37,471 nucleotides of DNA from a virus (IMGVR_UViG_2531839523_000005), one strand, 5' to 3'; positions 27,878-36,998 are shown, counted from the first letter of the stretch. The notes: generated from the letters alone by a model not told the origin. A program made the numbers and translations.

Positions 27878-28642
27878 ATGAAAATGCAGACATTACCCAT
27901 CGTGCCGTGGATTGGTGGCAAACGCCGCCTTGCAAAACACATTCTGCCGCTGTTTCCGGCGCATGAATGTTATGTGGAGCCGTTTTGTGGGGCAGCAGCG
28001 CTCTATTTTCTTAAGACACCCGGCAAGATCGAAGTCATCAATGATATCAACGGTGAACTGGTGAATCTGTACCGGGTGGTAAAGCATCACCTGGAAGAAT
28101 TTGTCCGCCAGTTCAAATGGGCGCTGGTCAGCCGTCAGATCTACAAATGGCTGCAGATCACCCCGGAAGAAACACTGACGGATATCCAGCGTGCGGCACG
28201 GTTCTACTACCTTCAGAAGCAGGCGTTTGGCGGCAAGGTGGCAGAGCACAGCTTCGGTACCTCCACCACATCCCCGCCACGCTTCAACCTGCTACGTATT
28301 GAAGAAGAACTGTCAGCGGCACACCTGCGGCTTTCCAGAACAGTCATAGAACACATGGACTGGCAACAGTGCATTGAGCGTTATGATCGTCCGCACACGC
28401 TGTTCTACTGCGACCCACCGTACCTGGGTACGGAAGGCTATGGTGTGGATTTTCCTGAAGGGAACTACTCGCGGCTGGCAGAGCTGGCCCGGTGCATCAG
28501 AGGAAAAATGATAATTTCGGTGAACGACATCCCGCAGATGCGCGAGGTGTTCACTGGACTGAACATACAGACAGTGAATATCAACTACAGTCTGGCGGGT
28601 AAACCCACGCCGCGCCGTGAACTGCTAATCTGCAACTTCTGA
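27878..28642 (+). CDS. Dam-family N6-adenine DNA methyltransferase (orphan)
   Basis: VPWIGGKRRL, VEPFCGAAALYF, DINGELVNLYRVVK and YCDPPY motifs; start taken at MKMQTLP (27878), the track ORF begins at 27788. Confidence 0.9.
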   Translation: MKMQTLPIVPWIGGKRRLAKHILPLFPAHECYVEPFCGAAALYFLKTPGKIEVINDINGELVNLYRVVKHHLEEFVRQFKWALVSRQIYKWLQITPEETLTDIQRAARFYYLQKQAFGGKVAEHSFGTSTTSPPRFNLLRIEEELSAAHLRLSRTVIEHMDWQQCIERYDRPHTLFYCDPPYLGTEGYGVDFPEGNYSRLAELARCIRGKMIISVNDIPQMREVFTGLNIQTVNINYSLAGKPTPRRELLICNF

Positions 28643-28649
28643 AACAAAA

Positions 28650-28672
28650 CCGGAAAGCACAATGCTTTCCGG
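28650..28672 (-). terminator. Intrinsic terminator downstream of the repressor gene
   Basis: CCGGAAAGCA-caa-TGCTTTCCGG, 10-bp stem; on the minus strand followed by UUUUGUUUC. Confidence 0.5.
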
Positions 28673-28758
28673 TAAACCAAACAACTTCCACTATGTCACT
28701 GGCGATGTTTTCTGAAAGCATCCAGATCAACCACCTGTCCTTTGTGTCCGGGTCAGTA

Positions 28759-29115
28759 TCAGCCTGCGATTTTTCCTGGTTTTGGCTGAGTATAGAATCG
28801 CCCAATCTCAAGAAATGAGCGTTGTTGGTCTGGTGTCATGTCGTCAAAAGTATCTATTAGTTTTTGTTTTTCTGGGGAAATTTGATTCTGGTTTCTAGTC
28901 ATACCATCTGTGCTCATTCCAGTGAGCAACCAATTTACATCAACATTAAACTCTTGATGCATCTTTAACAGAAACTCCCCTCCAGGCATCGCCTTTCCAT
29001 TTTCAATCTGACTGATACCACCATTAGAAATACCTAAACGAGCTGCAAATTCTCTCTGGTTCAACCCTGCTTTCTTCCTCACAGAAATAACGCGCTCTCC
29101 TATATCTTTGCTCAT
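28759..29115 (-). CDS. XRE-family HTH transcriptional repressor (phage repressor candidate)
   Basis: N-terminal HTH LNQREFAARLGISNGGISQIENGK; divergent from early operon. Confidence 0.8.
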   Translation of the reverse strand: MSKDIGERVISVRKKAGLNQREFAARLGISNGGISQIENGKAMPGGEFLLKMHQEFNVDVNWLLTGMSTDGMTRNQNQISPEKQKLIDTFDDMTPDQQRSFLEIGRFYTQPKPGKIAG

Positions 29116-29161
29116 AAAAGTGAATCTCTATCTTGATATGCTCATAATTATGAGCAATAAT
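29107..29161 (+). promoter_or_regulatory. Early promoter/operator region
   Basis: -35 TTGATA (29133-29138), 17-bp spacer, -10 AATAAT (29156-29161); perfect 16-bp palindrome GCTCATAATTATGAGC (29140-29155) in the spacer; half-site CTCATAA also at 29111-29117. Confidence 0.45.
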
Positions 29162-29208
29162 CTAACACATATAAGGCAAACATCATTGCATCAACAAAGG
29201 AGACAACG

Positions 29209-29397
29209 ATGACTGCAGAACAAGTCAAAGCTCTCTTCCGCCAGCGCGGGATCACTTTCACCCGCTGGGCAGAAGAAAACGGCTACAACCGCAATGAGGT
29301 ATACCGCGTTCTCAACGGGCAGACCAAAGCCCGTTACGGTAAATCCCATGAAATCGCCGTGAAGTTGGGACTGAAATCAACAGCTCAGGCGGCCTAA
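29209..29397 (+). CDS. Ner/Cro-like small DNA-binding protein, first gene of early operon
   Basis: 62 aa; pattern resembles Mu Ner; AAAGGAG RBS. Confidence 0.55.
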   Translation: MTAEQVKALFRQRGITFTRWAEENGYNRNEVYRVLNGQTKARYGKSHEIAVKLGLKSTAQAA

Positions 29398-29449
29398 ATA
29401 TTTTGAGTCTTTGTAAAAGGTTATCACATATCGCAAAAGAGGTATGCAG

Positions 29450-29758
29450 ATGAGTAAGACGAATGTTTCAAGCTCCGGCAGTCGCATCCTCCGGGTACTC
29501 AAAGCGCTGCGCGGTCATGCCCTGAACGGTATTTCTAACGGTGAACTGGCGACAGCACTGCACGAGTCACCGGCAAACATCAACCGGGCACTCAACACCC
29601 TCATTGAAGAAGGGCTGGCTCTGAAACTGGAGAACGGACGTTTTGCACCGGGCATCCAGTTACTGCAGATCGCCATGGCCCACAGTAACGAGATGGCACG
29701 TGCACAGGATCGTATTAACGAAATTAACCAACGTGTCATTTCAGGTAGTCGTTTGTAA
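29450..29758 (+). CDS. Hypothetical winged-helix-like protein
   Basis: Start taken at second Met (better RBS spacing); …ISNGELATALHESPANINRALNTLIEEGL…. Confidence 0.45.
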   Translation: MSKTNVSSSGSRILRVLKALRGHALNGISNGELATALHESPANINRALNTLIEEGLALKLENGRFAPGIQLLQIAMAHSNEMARAQDRINEINQRVISGSRL

Positions 29759-29768
29759 GGAGTAATCA

Positions 29769-30689
29769 ATGGGACGTACCAAATCACCGATTAACACTGA
29801 ACTGAACGCCGATGTACCGCTGTCGGATGATCTCAACGTCAGCCTGAATGCCATGACACAGCATCGCATGGAGATCATGCAGCAGTTTGGTGATGGACTG
29901 CCTTATGAACGTGAACGCATCGTTCACGAAGCACGTTTTTATATGGCGCAGAGTGCTGAATCTATGTTGGAAGCGGGTAAGCGGCTGATCATCTTAAAAG
30001 AAAATGAACCGCATGGTGATTTCACAAATATTCTGGAAAACGACCTCGGATTAGCACCACAGGTAGCTCGTCGCATGATGCAGGCCAGCGTGAAATTTCT
30101 CGGCAATGGAGATGAACAGCCAAAACGCTCAGCGCTGAGCGTTTTGGGAAAAACCAAGTTATATGAACTGATGGTTCTGGATGACGAAGAACTCGACGCA
30201 TTAGCTGATGGTGGAACCGTCGCCGGTGCAACGCTTGATGATATTGATCGCATGACCAGCCGCGAACTGAAGGCCGCCCTGCGTGAAGCGCGCGAAACCA
30301 ACGCAGCTCAGCAACAGGTGCTTGCCGGAAAGGACGAAAAAATCAACGAACTGGCCACAAAACTGGAGAAGAAATCGCGCCTGCAACCTCCGCCGCCAGA
30401 CGAAGAACTGAAAAAATTGCGGGCGGAAGTGACGGCATTAGCGGTTGAGGCCGAATCGGCTATCGCCGTCCGGCTGTCCAGTGTTTTTGAGACCCTGTGT
30501 GAATACTGCACCAAAAACATGATCGATACCCCCAGAGATTTCATGGCCGGTCTGGTCTGCCAGATTGAACGCAGTGTTCATGCATTACGTGAGACGTTTG
30601 ACCTTGAGGCCGCTCCATCGGGTAACGATGCCCCCGCCTGGCTGACCGAACCGGAACCTGAAATCAACCGACCGGAGGATATGCAGTAA
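29769..30689 (+). CDS. Hypothetical early protein with coiled-coil and Pro-rich linker
   Basis: 306 aa; TAAGGAG RBS. Confidence 0.55.
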   Translation: MGRTKSPINTELNADVPLSDDLNVSLNAMTQHRMEIMQQFGDGLPYERERIVHEARFYMAQSAESMLEAGKRLIILKENEPHGDFTNILENDLGLAPQVARRMMQASVKFLGNGDEQPKRSALSVLGKTKLYELMVLDDEELDALADGGTVAGATLDDIDRMTSRELKAALREARETNAAQQQVLAGKDEKINELATKLEKKSRLQPPPPDEELKKLRAEVTALAVEAESAIAVRLSSVFETLCEYCTKNMIDTPRDFMAGLVCQIERSVHALRETFDLEAAPSGNDAPAWLTEPEPEINRPEDMQ

Positions 30690-31006
30690 TGAATACGAAT
30701 AACACACAAAATACCCTGATGGACAGCCCGGAGGCACTGGGGCACGCACTGTGTAATCTGCTGCCGGAGATGGTGCAGGGTTTCCGCGTGGTGACCCCTT
30801 CCGGTGAAATCTGCGTACCCGCACAGGAGACGCACCCGTTTGTACTGACGATGGAGGTGATGCTGATGCAGCAGATAAGACGTCTGCAGAATCAGTCAGC
30901 ATTACGCCCGGTAGTTGCACCGCAACCGGTAAATACCGTGGTGAAAACCTGCGATGGCGAAACACTGTGCGACCTCGCCAGAAAAATTGCCGCCAGAATC
31001 GGATAA
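30689..31006 (+). CDS. Hypothetical early protein
   Basis: 105 aa; start overlaps upstream stop. Confidence 0.45.
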   Translation: MNTNNTQNTLMDSPEALGHALCNLLPEMVQGFRVVTPSGEICVPAQETHPFVLTMEVMLMQQIRRLQNQSALRPVVAPQPVNTVVKTCDGETLCDLARKIAARIG

Positions 31007-31021
31007 CAGGGAAGACAAGCT

Positions 31022-32791
31022 ATGACCCCGGCACTGACTGAAAAACTGGTTGAAACAGCCCGCGCGGCACGTGACGCGGGGCATGGTAAACGCGGTGCAA
31101 TATACGACGCTGCCTGTGCTGAACTTGGCATGTCCCGCGCCACTCTGCTGCGCAGGCTGAAGGAGGTATCTGTGACTGATAAACGCAAAAACCGCGCCGA
31201 TGCCGGGCGCAGCGCCCTGACCCGCGACGAAGCCGCGCTGATATCTGCCACACTGCGTGAGGCCACCCGCAAGAACGGTAAGCGTCTCTATTCCATCGCA
31301 GATGCAGTGGAAACCCTGCGGGCTAACGGCTTTATCACCGCAGGCAGAACAGATGAAACCACCGGTGAGTTTTTCCCGTTGTCTGAAGATGCCATCAGCC
31401 GTGCTCTGCGTAACTATGGCCTGCACCCGGAACAACTGGATGCCCCTGCACCACATACCGAAGTGGCCAGTCTGCATCCCAATCATGTCTGGCAGATTGA
31501 CGCCTCACTCTGCACGCTTTACTACCTGAGCAATGGACATAAAGGGCTGCAGGTGATGGACAGCGCGAAGTTCTACAAGAACAAGCCCGCTAACCTTGCC
31601 CGTATCGCCAGTGACCGCGTGTGGAGTTACGAGATTACCGACCATGCCAGCGGCTGGATTTACGTTGAGTATGTGACGGGCGCGGAATCAGGTGAGAACC
31701 TGTGTTCTGTGCTTATCAACGCCATGCAGGAGCGTGGCGGCGCAGACGTGCTGCACGGCGTGCCGAAAATACTCTATCTCGACCCCGGCTCGGCAAACAC
31801 CGCGGGTATGACGAAAAACATGTGCCGCTCACTGGGCATCGACCTGATAGCGCACAAGCCGCATAACGCCCGCGCCACCGGACAGGTGGAAAAGGCGCGT
31901 GACATTATCGAACGCAAGCTGGAGCCGGGTCTGAAGTTCCGGCCGGTTCACAGTCTGGAAGAACTCAACGCGCTGGCCGCGAAATGGCGCAGCCACTTTA
32001 ACGCCACGGCTGTTCACAGCCGCCACGGTAAAACCCGCACGGATATCTGGCTGAAGATTACTGCTGAGCAGCTGAAAAAAGCGCCTTCCGTTGAGGTATG
32101 TCGTGAACTGGCTGTGGCGGCACCAGAACTCCGCAAAGTCACGCCAAAACTTCGTGTCTCGTTCCGGGGCACTGAATTTGACGTATCAACGGTACCGGGC
32201 GTACTGGTTGGTGAAAAACTGATGATTACCCGTAACCCATGGCGCAGCGATGTGGCACAGGTGGTTCTGACCGGTGAGGACGGCCACGAGACGTTCTTCC
32301 TGGTCGAAGAGGTCAGAAAGAACAAGTTTGGCTTTGCTGAAGGCGCGGCGGTATTTGGCGAAAGTTACAAAGCCCTGCCGGAAACCCCGGCACAGATGGC
32401 GGCAAAAGAAACCGAAGCGCTGGTTACCGGTACAGACAACGCCGCAGATGCAGCCGCCGCACGCAAGGCGAAGGCGCTGCCGTTCGGCGGGCGGCTTGAC
32501 CCGTATAAACATATCGACGACACCACACTTCCGGCCTATATGCCGAAGCGTGGTCAGGCCTCTGACGTACGCGGGCCGCGCACTGAACAACGTCCCATGA
32601 CTCATGTGGAGGCCGCGAAAGCCCTGCGCGATAAGTTCAGCGCCGACGGCCTTACCTGGACGCCGGAACATTACCGCCAGTTAACGGCACAGTACCCGGA
32701 CGGCGTACCGGAAGCCGCACTGGATGAAGTCATGGCCACGCTGACCACACCGGCCCGCAGCAGTGTTATCAGCATTGTTAACGGCAACTGA
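31022..32791 (+). CDS. DDE transposase (MuA-like transposase A)
   Basis: 589 aa; N-terminal HTH, integrase-core-like HPNHVWQIDASLCTLYY … ILYLDPGSANTAG. Confidence 0.85.
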   Translation: MTPALTEKLVETARAARDAGHGKRGAIYDAACAELGMSRATLLRRLKEVSVTDKRKNRADAGRSALTRDEAALISATLREATRKNGKRLYSIADAVETLRANGFITAGRTDETTGEFFPLSEDAISRALRNYGLHPEQLDAPAPHTEVASLHPNHVWQIDASLCTLYYLSNGHKGLQVMDSAKFYKNKPANLARIASDRVWSYEITDHASGWIYVEYVTGAESGENLCSVLINAMQERGGADVLHGVPKILYLDPGSANTAGMTKNMCRSLGIDLIAHKPHNARATGQVEKARDIIERKLEPGLKFRPVHSLEELNALAAKWRSHFNATAVHSRHGKTRTDIWLKITAEQLKKAPSVEVCRELAVAAPELRKVTPKLRVSFRGTEFDVSTVPGVLVGEKLMITRNPWRSDVAQVVLTGEDGHETFFLVEEVRKNKFGFAEGAAVFGESYKALPETPAQMAAKETEALVTGTDNAADAAAARKAKALPFGGRLDPYKHIDDTTLPAYMPKRGQASDVRGPRTEQRPMTHVEAAKALRDKFSADGLTWTPEHYRQLTAQYPDGVPEAALDEVMATLTTPARSSVISIVNGN

Positions 32792-32801
32792 GGAGGGAAA
32801 C

Positions 32802-33968
32802 ATGCTGGTACTGAAGCAGCAACTGAAAGAGGCCCGTATTCCACAGGCGGTGGTGGCGAGAGCTGTCGATGTTTCTGAGGCCACGCTGGCCCAGATTGTG
32901 AATCATAACGCGTGGCCCCGCACCAGCCCCGGAGAAGTGCGCCGGCGTCTTGCGTCCTGGCTGGAAAGTCAGGGGATTGATACAACGAAGAGTTTTGATG
33001 CTGTACAGGGCGCGGCCACGCCCCGTACAGCGGGTACCACAGATAAAACGAGCCTCAGTGAGGAAGAGAATATGTTACTCAAAAAACAGGTGTTATTTCC
33101 AGCAACCAAAAAAGCGTTTGGTCTTTTCCGTGACCCGTTCGCCGACGAAGCCATGCAGGGTTCTGATGATGTGTTCACCACCCCGGATATTCGCTACGTG
33201 CGTGAGGCGTTGTACCAGACAGCCCGTCATGGTGGGTTTATGGCCGTCATCGGTGAGTCCGGTGCGGGTAAATCCACGCTGCGCCGCGACCTGACTGAAC
33301 GTATCAACCGCGAGAATGCGCCGGTAATTGTTATCGAGCCATACATCATCGCTATGGAAGACAACGATGTGAAAGGGAAAACCCTGAAGGCAGCAGCGAT
33401 TGCCGAAGCCATTATCAGTACCATCGCACCACTGGAAAGCATCAGACGCAGTCAGGACGCCCGCTTTCGCCAGTTGCATCGCGTCCTGAAAGACAGCAGC
33501 CAGGCGGGGTTCAGCCACGTTCTGGTGATTGAGGAGGCCCACAGTCTGCCCATTCCGACACTGAAACACCTCAAACGCTTTTTTGAGCTGGAGTCCGGTT
33601 TCAAAAAACTGCTGTCCATCGTGCTGATTGGCCAGCCGGAACTGGCGACAAAACTGTCTGAACGCAATATGGAAGTCCGTGAAGTCGTTCAGCGCTGTGA
33701 GGTGGTCGAACTTCTGCCTCTGGACAATAACCTTGAAGAGTTTCTGACGTTCAAACTGCAACGGGCCGGTAAACAACTGACGGACATTATGGACGCCAGC
33801 GCAGTGGATGCCATACGTGCCCGCCTGAGCAATCCGGGAAGTCATCGTAAAAATATGGTCAGCCTGCTGTATCCGCTGGCCGTCAGTAACCTGGTAATAG
33901 CCGCCATGAATCTGGCCGCTGAAATCGGGGTTCCACAGGTCAACGCTGACGTTGTCAAAGGGGTTTAA
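32802..33968 (+). CDS. AAA+ ATPase transposition protein B-like
   Basis: Walker A GESGAGKST; N-terminal HTH; AGGAGGG RBS; follows transposase. Confidence 0.8.
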   Translation: MLVLKQQLKEARIPQAVVARAVDVSEATLAQIVNHNAWPRTSPGEVRRRLASWLESQGIDTTKSFDAVQGAATPRTAGTTDKTSLSEEENMLLKKQVLFPATKKAFGLFRDPFADEAMQGSDDVFTTPDIRYVREALYQTARHGGFMAVIGESGAGKSTLRRDLTERINRENAPVIVIEPYIIAMEDNDVKGKTLKAAAIAEAIISTIAPLESIRRSQDARFRQLHRVLKDSSQAGFSHVLVIEEAHSLPIPTLKHLKRFFELESGFKKLLSIVLIGQPELATKLSERNMEVREVVQRCEVVELLPLDNNLEEFLTFKLQRAGKQLTDIMDASAVDAIRARLSNPGSHRKNMVSLLYPLAVSNLVIAAMNLAAEIGVPQVNADVVKGV

Positions 33969-33970
33969 TA

Positions 33971-34240
33971 ATGAAATCCACCACAGGTATCAACCAGCAA
34001 ATCAGCAAAGTGCAGTCAGCCATTATGGCGCTTAAGGCGACGAACACGGATGTACAAAGCATCACCATCAGGGGTAACAAACCTGTCATCCGCGTTTCCC
34101 GGAGTGCGCATTGCATGCGCATGCTTGAGCAGGGAAAGGCCTGTTATCTGTATACCGGTCATGACCACAGGGGACATTTCCGTCAGGGCGTTTTCGAACT
34201 GCACGGCTGTCGCGTCGTGTGGCCGGAATCTTTGTGGTAA
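33971..34240 (+). CDS. Hypothetical early protein
   Basis: 89 aa. Confidence 0.45.
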   Translation: MKSTTGINQQISKVQSAIMALKATNTDVQSITIRGNKPVIRVSRSAHCMRMLEQGKACYLYTGHDHRGHFRQGVFELHGCRVVWPESLW

Positions 34241-34267
34241 TCAGCACAACAGGAGGAGTCATAAAAT

Positions 34268-34798
34268 ATGGCAAAAAGTACAAAAGGGGCAAAACGTATC
34301 AAAGCCGCAGCAGCACTCTGGGTGCCGGGGACACGCGAAGAGGTCATTGAGGGAATCAGACTGCTTGGTGACGCGCAACGTGAACTGGTCAGGGCTGAAA
34401 CAGAAATGAATGACACCATTGGCGACATCACTGCACGTTATGCCCCGCTCACCGAGAGCCTGAAAAAACGCATGGCCGAACTGCAGTCCGGTATCCAGAC
34501 ATGGTGTGAGGCGCACCGTGATGAACTGACCGGCAACGGGAAGGTGAAGTTCGCTAACCTCACCACCGGCGAGGTGCAGTGGCGAAACCGTCCGCCGTCA
34601 GTCAGCATTCGCGGGGCGGATAATGTCATTGAACTGCTGAGACGTCTGGGGCTTGAGCGCTTTATTCGTGTAAAGGAGGAAATAAATAAAGATGCCATTC
34701 TGAATGAAAAAGAGGCTGTGAAAAATATTCCCGGTATTACCATAAAAAGTGATATTGAGGATTTTTCAATAATTCCTTTTGAGCAGGATGTGCAGTAA
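34268..34798 (+). CDS. gam: Gam-like host-nuclease inhibitor (Ku-like DNA-end-binding protein)
   Basis: MAKSTKGAKRIKAAAALWVP… and …ITIKSDIEDFSIIPFEQ match Mu Gam as recalled. Confidence 0.85.
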   Translation: MAKSTKGAKRIKAAAALWVPGTREEVIEGIRLLGDAQRELVRAETEMNDTIGDITARYAPLTESLKKRMAELQSGIQTWCEAHRDELTGNGKVKFANLTTGEVQWRNRPPSVSIRGADNVIELLRRLGLERFIRVKEEINKDAILNEKEAVKNIPGITIKSDIEDFSIIPFEQDVQ

Positions 34799-34895
34799 AC
34801 ACACCACGTTAATTATTTAATAAAAACATTTTCTTTTTTATTCCGGCGTCAGCGCCGCGGGCTTCTGCACGCCGGAAACAGAGGAGAATTAAATT

Positions 34896-35090
34896 ATGAT
34901 ATTTAAATGTATTCAGTGCGAGAGGGATATAACAGCCCTGCGTTTTCACAGCGCCATCGCCGTGATGTCCGGTAAGTATCACATACCTGCAGTACGTGTC
35001 ACCCTGGTCTGCCCGTACTGCAGCCAGCATTTTTCGGCGGACGTGCCCGTCATGGAATTCTCCCGCCCTGACAGGGAGGACGCGCAATGA
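34896..35090 (+). CDS. Small zinc-ribbon-like protein
   Basis: 64 aa with CxxC … CxxC. Confidence 0.45.
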   Translation: MIFKCIQCERDITALRFHSAIAVMSGKYHIPAVRVTLVCPYCSQHFSADVPVMEFSRPDREDAQ

Positions 35091-35359
35091 TTACCCCACA
35101 GGAAGCACGACAGCGCACCCGAACTCTTGTTGAACACTATGTCAACGAGTGTGAATGCCGCGACCTCACCGATGTGAAGCACGTCCTGACGGCGCTAATC
35201 AGCATGGCCACACAGGCCATTGTGGCGACCAACGGAAAGGAGGCTGCCCTGCAGGTACTGATGAACACACTCACCCACACGGCAGAGCATGAGGTGCCGT
35301 ACCGGATGGAAACCACTGCAGAAGGCGGCCTGCACATCACCGTCAGCCGGAAGCACTGA
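35087..35359 (+). CDS. Hypothetical early protein
   Basis: 90 aa. Confidence 0.4.
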   Translation: MITPQEARQRTRTLVEHYVNECECRDLTDVKHVLTALISMATQAIVATNGKEAALQVLMNTLTHTAEHEVPYRMETTAEGGLHITVSRKH

Positions 35360-35368
35360 GGGCGCGGC

Positions 35369-35665
35369 ATGACACGAAACACCGAACTCACCCGCACCGC
35401 CCTCTACCGTCTGGCCCTGCAGCGTTTCGGGCCGGACGCACAGGCCCTGAAACTGGCAGAAGAGGCCGCTGAACTGGCGGCCAGTGCCGCCCGCAACCTG
35501 AACGGACAGGGCAGCGAAAGTGACCTCGCGGCAGAGCTGGCAGACGTGGAAATCATGACAGAGCAACTGCGCCTTCAGGGGATGGACCGGCTGATTGACT
35601 TCCACAAACAGAAAAAACTGGAACGTCTGGCTGCACGACTGGGCGTGATTTACACGAACGAGTAA
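35369..35665 (+). CDS. Small all-alpha protein, possibly MazG-like NTP pyrophosphohydrolase
   Basis: …LAEEAAELAASA…ELADVEIMTEQL… resembles MazG-type motifs; not verified. Confidence 0.4.
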   Translation: MTRNTELTRTALYRLALQRFGPDAQALKLAEEAAELAASAARNLNGQGSESDLAAELADVEIMTEQLRLQGMDRLIDFHKQKKLERLAARLGVIYTNE

Positions 35666-35679
35666 CCGGGAGGCATTCA

Positions 35680-35895
35680 ATGGCTGACATACTCAGGGAA
35701 ATCACCGCATGGACACTGATTCTTACTGGCCTGGCGACATGCCTCAGTGCGGGGGCAGCCCTGGCTGCCCTGCTGATGCACATAACAACACAGTGGTTAT
35801 GGGAAAAGCTTAAAGCAGCATACAGCCTGAAAGAGCTGTCCGACGCTGTCCGGGCATGGAAACGGCAGAAAAATACCGGAGATACAGAACAATGA
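35680..35895 (+). CDS. Small membrane protein
   Basis: 71 aa; one TM helix; GGGAGG RBS. Confidence 0.4.
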   Translation: MADILREITAWTLILTGLATCLSAGAALAALLMHITTQWLWEKLKAAYSLKELSDAVRAWKRQKNTGDTEQ

Positions 35896-36575
35896 CAGAC
35901 CAGAATAAACACATTGAGAAACTGAAAAAGTTGCTGGCGCTGGCCGCATCCGGCAACCCGCACGAGGCCGCTCTGGCACTGCGCCGAGCCCGTAAACTGA
36001 TGGATGTTCACGGCATCACACATTCCGACATTGCTATGAGTGATATTGATGAAACCATCAGTCACTACTGGCCGACAGGCAGTCTCCGTCCACCGCGCTA
36101 CATGCTGGGCCTGATGAACATCATCCGCGAGGTATTTGGTGTTAACTCCATCATTCACCCCGGCACGCATCCGTCTGTGGGGTTCTACGGCAACCGGGAA
36201 CGTGCGGCACTGGCTGCATACACCTGGGAAGTGCTGGCCCGTCAGCTGAAAAAGGCGCGTCAGCAGTATATCAGTGCACAGAACAAAAGAATAAAAACCG
36301 CCACCCGCACCAGCCGTGGAGACCAGTTTGCCGAAGGCTGGGTGCTGGCCGTTATCAGTGAAATACAGTCCTTTGCCCTGACCGATGATGAGCGTGAATT
36401 GATGCAGCAGTGGCTGGAACATAAATACCCGCAGACGCAAACCACCAGGGCGCGTAAACCGGGAAGAAGCCGCAATGGCGACGCCTCGCGCTATGCGGGG
36501 TTTCGTGAAGGGCAGAACGTCAGACTGCACCGCCCGGTCAGTGGGCAGGAACAACAGAAACTGGAGGCCAGATGA
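35892..36575 (+). CDS. DUF2786-like protein
   Basis: Start at MTDQNKHIEKLKKLLALAASGNPHEAALALRRA (35892). Confidence 0.55.
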   Translation: MTDQNKHIEKLKKLLALAASGNPHEAALALRRARKLMDVHGITHSDIAMSDIDETISHYWPTGSLRPPRYMLGLMNIIREVFGVNSIIHPGTHPSVGFYGNRERAALAAYTWEVLARQLKKARQQYISAQNKRIKTATRTSRGDQFAEGWVLAVISEIQSFALTDDERELMQQWLEHKYPQTQTTRARKPGRSRNGDASRYAGFREGQNVRLHRPVSGQEQQKLEAR

Positions 36576-36802
36576 TTACGCTATCAGGTAAAAGCCGGAA
36601 ATTAAAAGCCTGCCGAATATCTGCCAGATACCTTTTTGCCCGCGCCTTTTTTAAGAACGTCAGGCCGGGGATCACAATTGGTGTTATTGCCGGACGCGAA
36701 CAGGTTGAAAAATACATGTCAGGTGCATGGTGGAATAACGACCCTGTCATTGCTGCCCGTAATATTCATATCGAATGGGGAGGTATTCAGAATGACTACT
36801 GA
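36572..36802 (+). CDS. Hypothetical small protein
   Basis: 76 aa. Confidence 0.35.
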   Translation: MITLSGKSRKLKACRISARYLFARAFFKNVRPGITIGVIAGREQVEKYMSGAWWNNDPVIAARNIHIEWGGIQNDY

Positions 36803-36998
36803 AACCATTGTCTGTTTTCTTTTCTGGTATATGTACGCAGGATCATGCAGCGCAAGACTTCATCGTTCCCTGGGCTATGGCAGGCACTACGACACCGCGC
36901 ATTACATCCTGTACATGACCGCCGTCATGTTGTTCTGGCCAGTCACCCTGCCAGCTGCAACCGACATTGTTGCCGACAGACTGAAAAAAAGGAGATGA
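36792..36998 (+). CDS. Small membrane protein
   Basis: Start at MTTETIVCF (36792), GGGGAGG RBS. Confidence 0.4.
   Translation: MTTETIVCFLFWYMYAGSCSARLHRSLGYGRHYDTAHYILYMTAVMLFWPVTLPAATDIVADRLKKRR

Noticed and set aside
26235-29208. Possibility that the window holds two separate prophage fragments joined in the central region
   Set aside because: No TG-initiated Mu-like terminus, IS element or host-like gene was found there, and late plus central plus early regions sum to one Mu-sized genome. Not fully excluded without a sequence search.
33093-33845. Minus-strand 250-aa ORF
   Set aside because: Antisense to the B-like ATPase gene.
35553-36554. Minus-strand 333-aa ORF
   Set aside because: Antisense to tightly coupled, RBS-supported early genes; Cys- and Arg-rich shadow-ORF composition.
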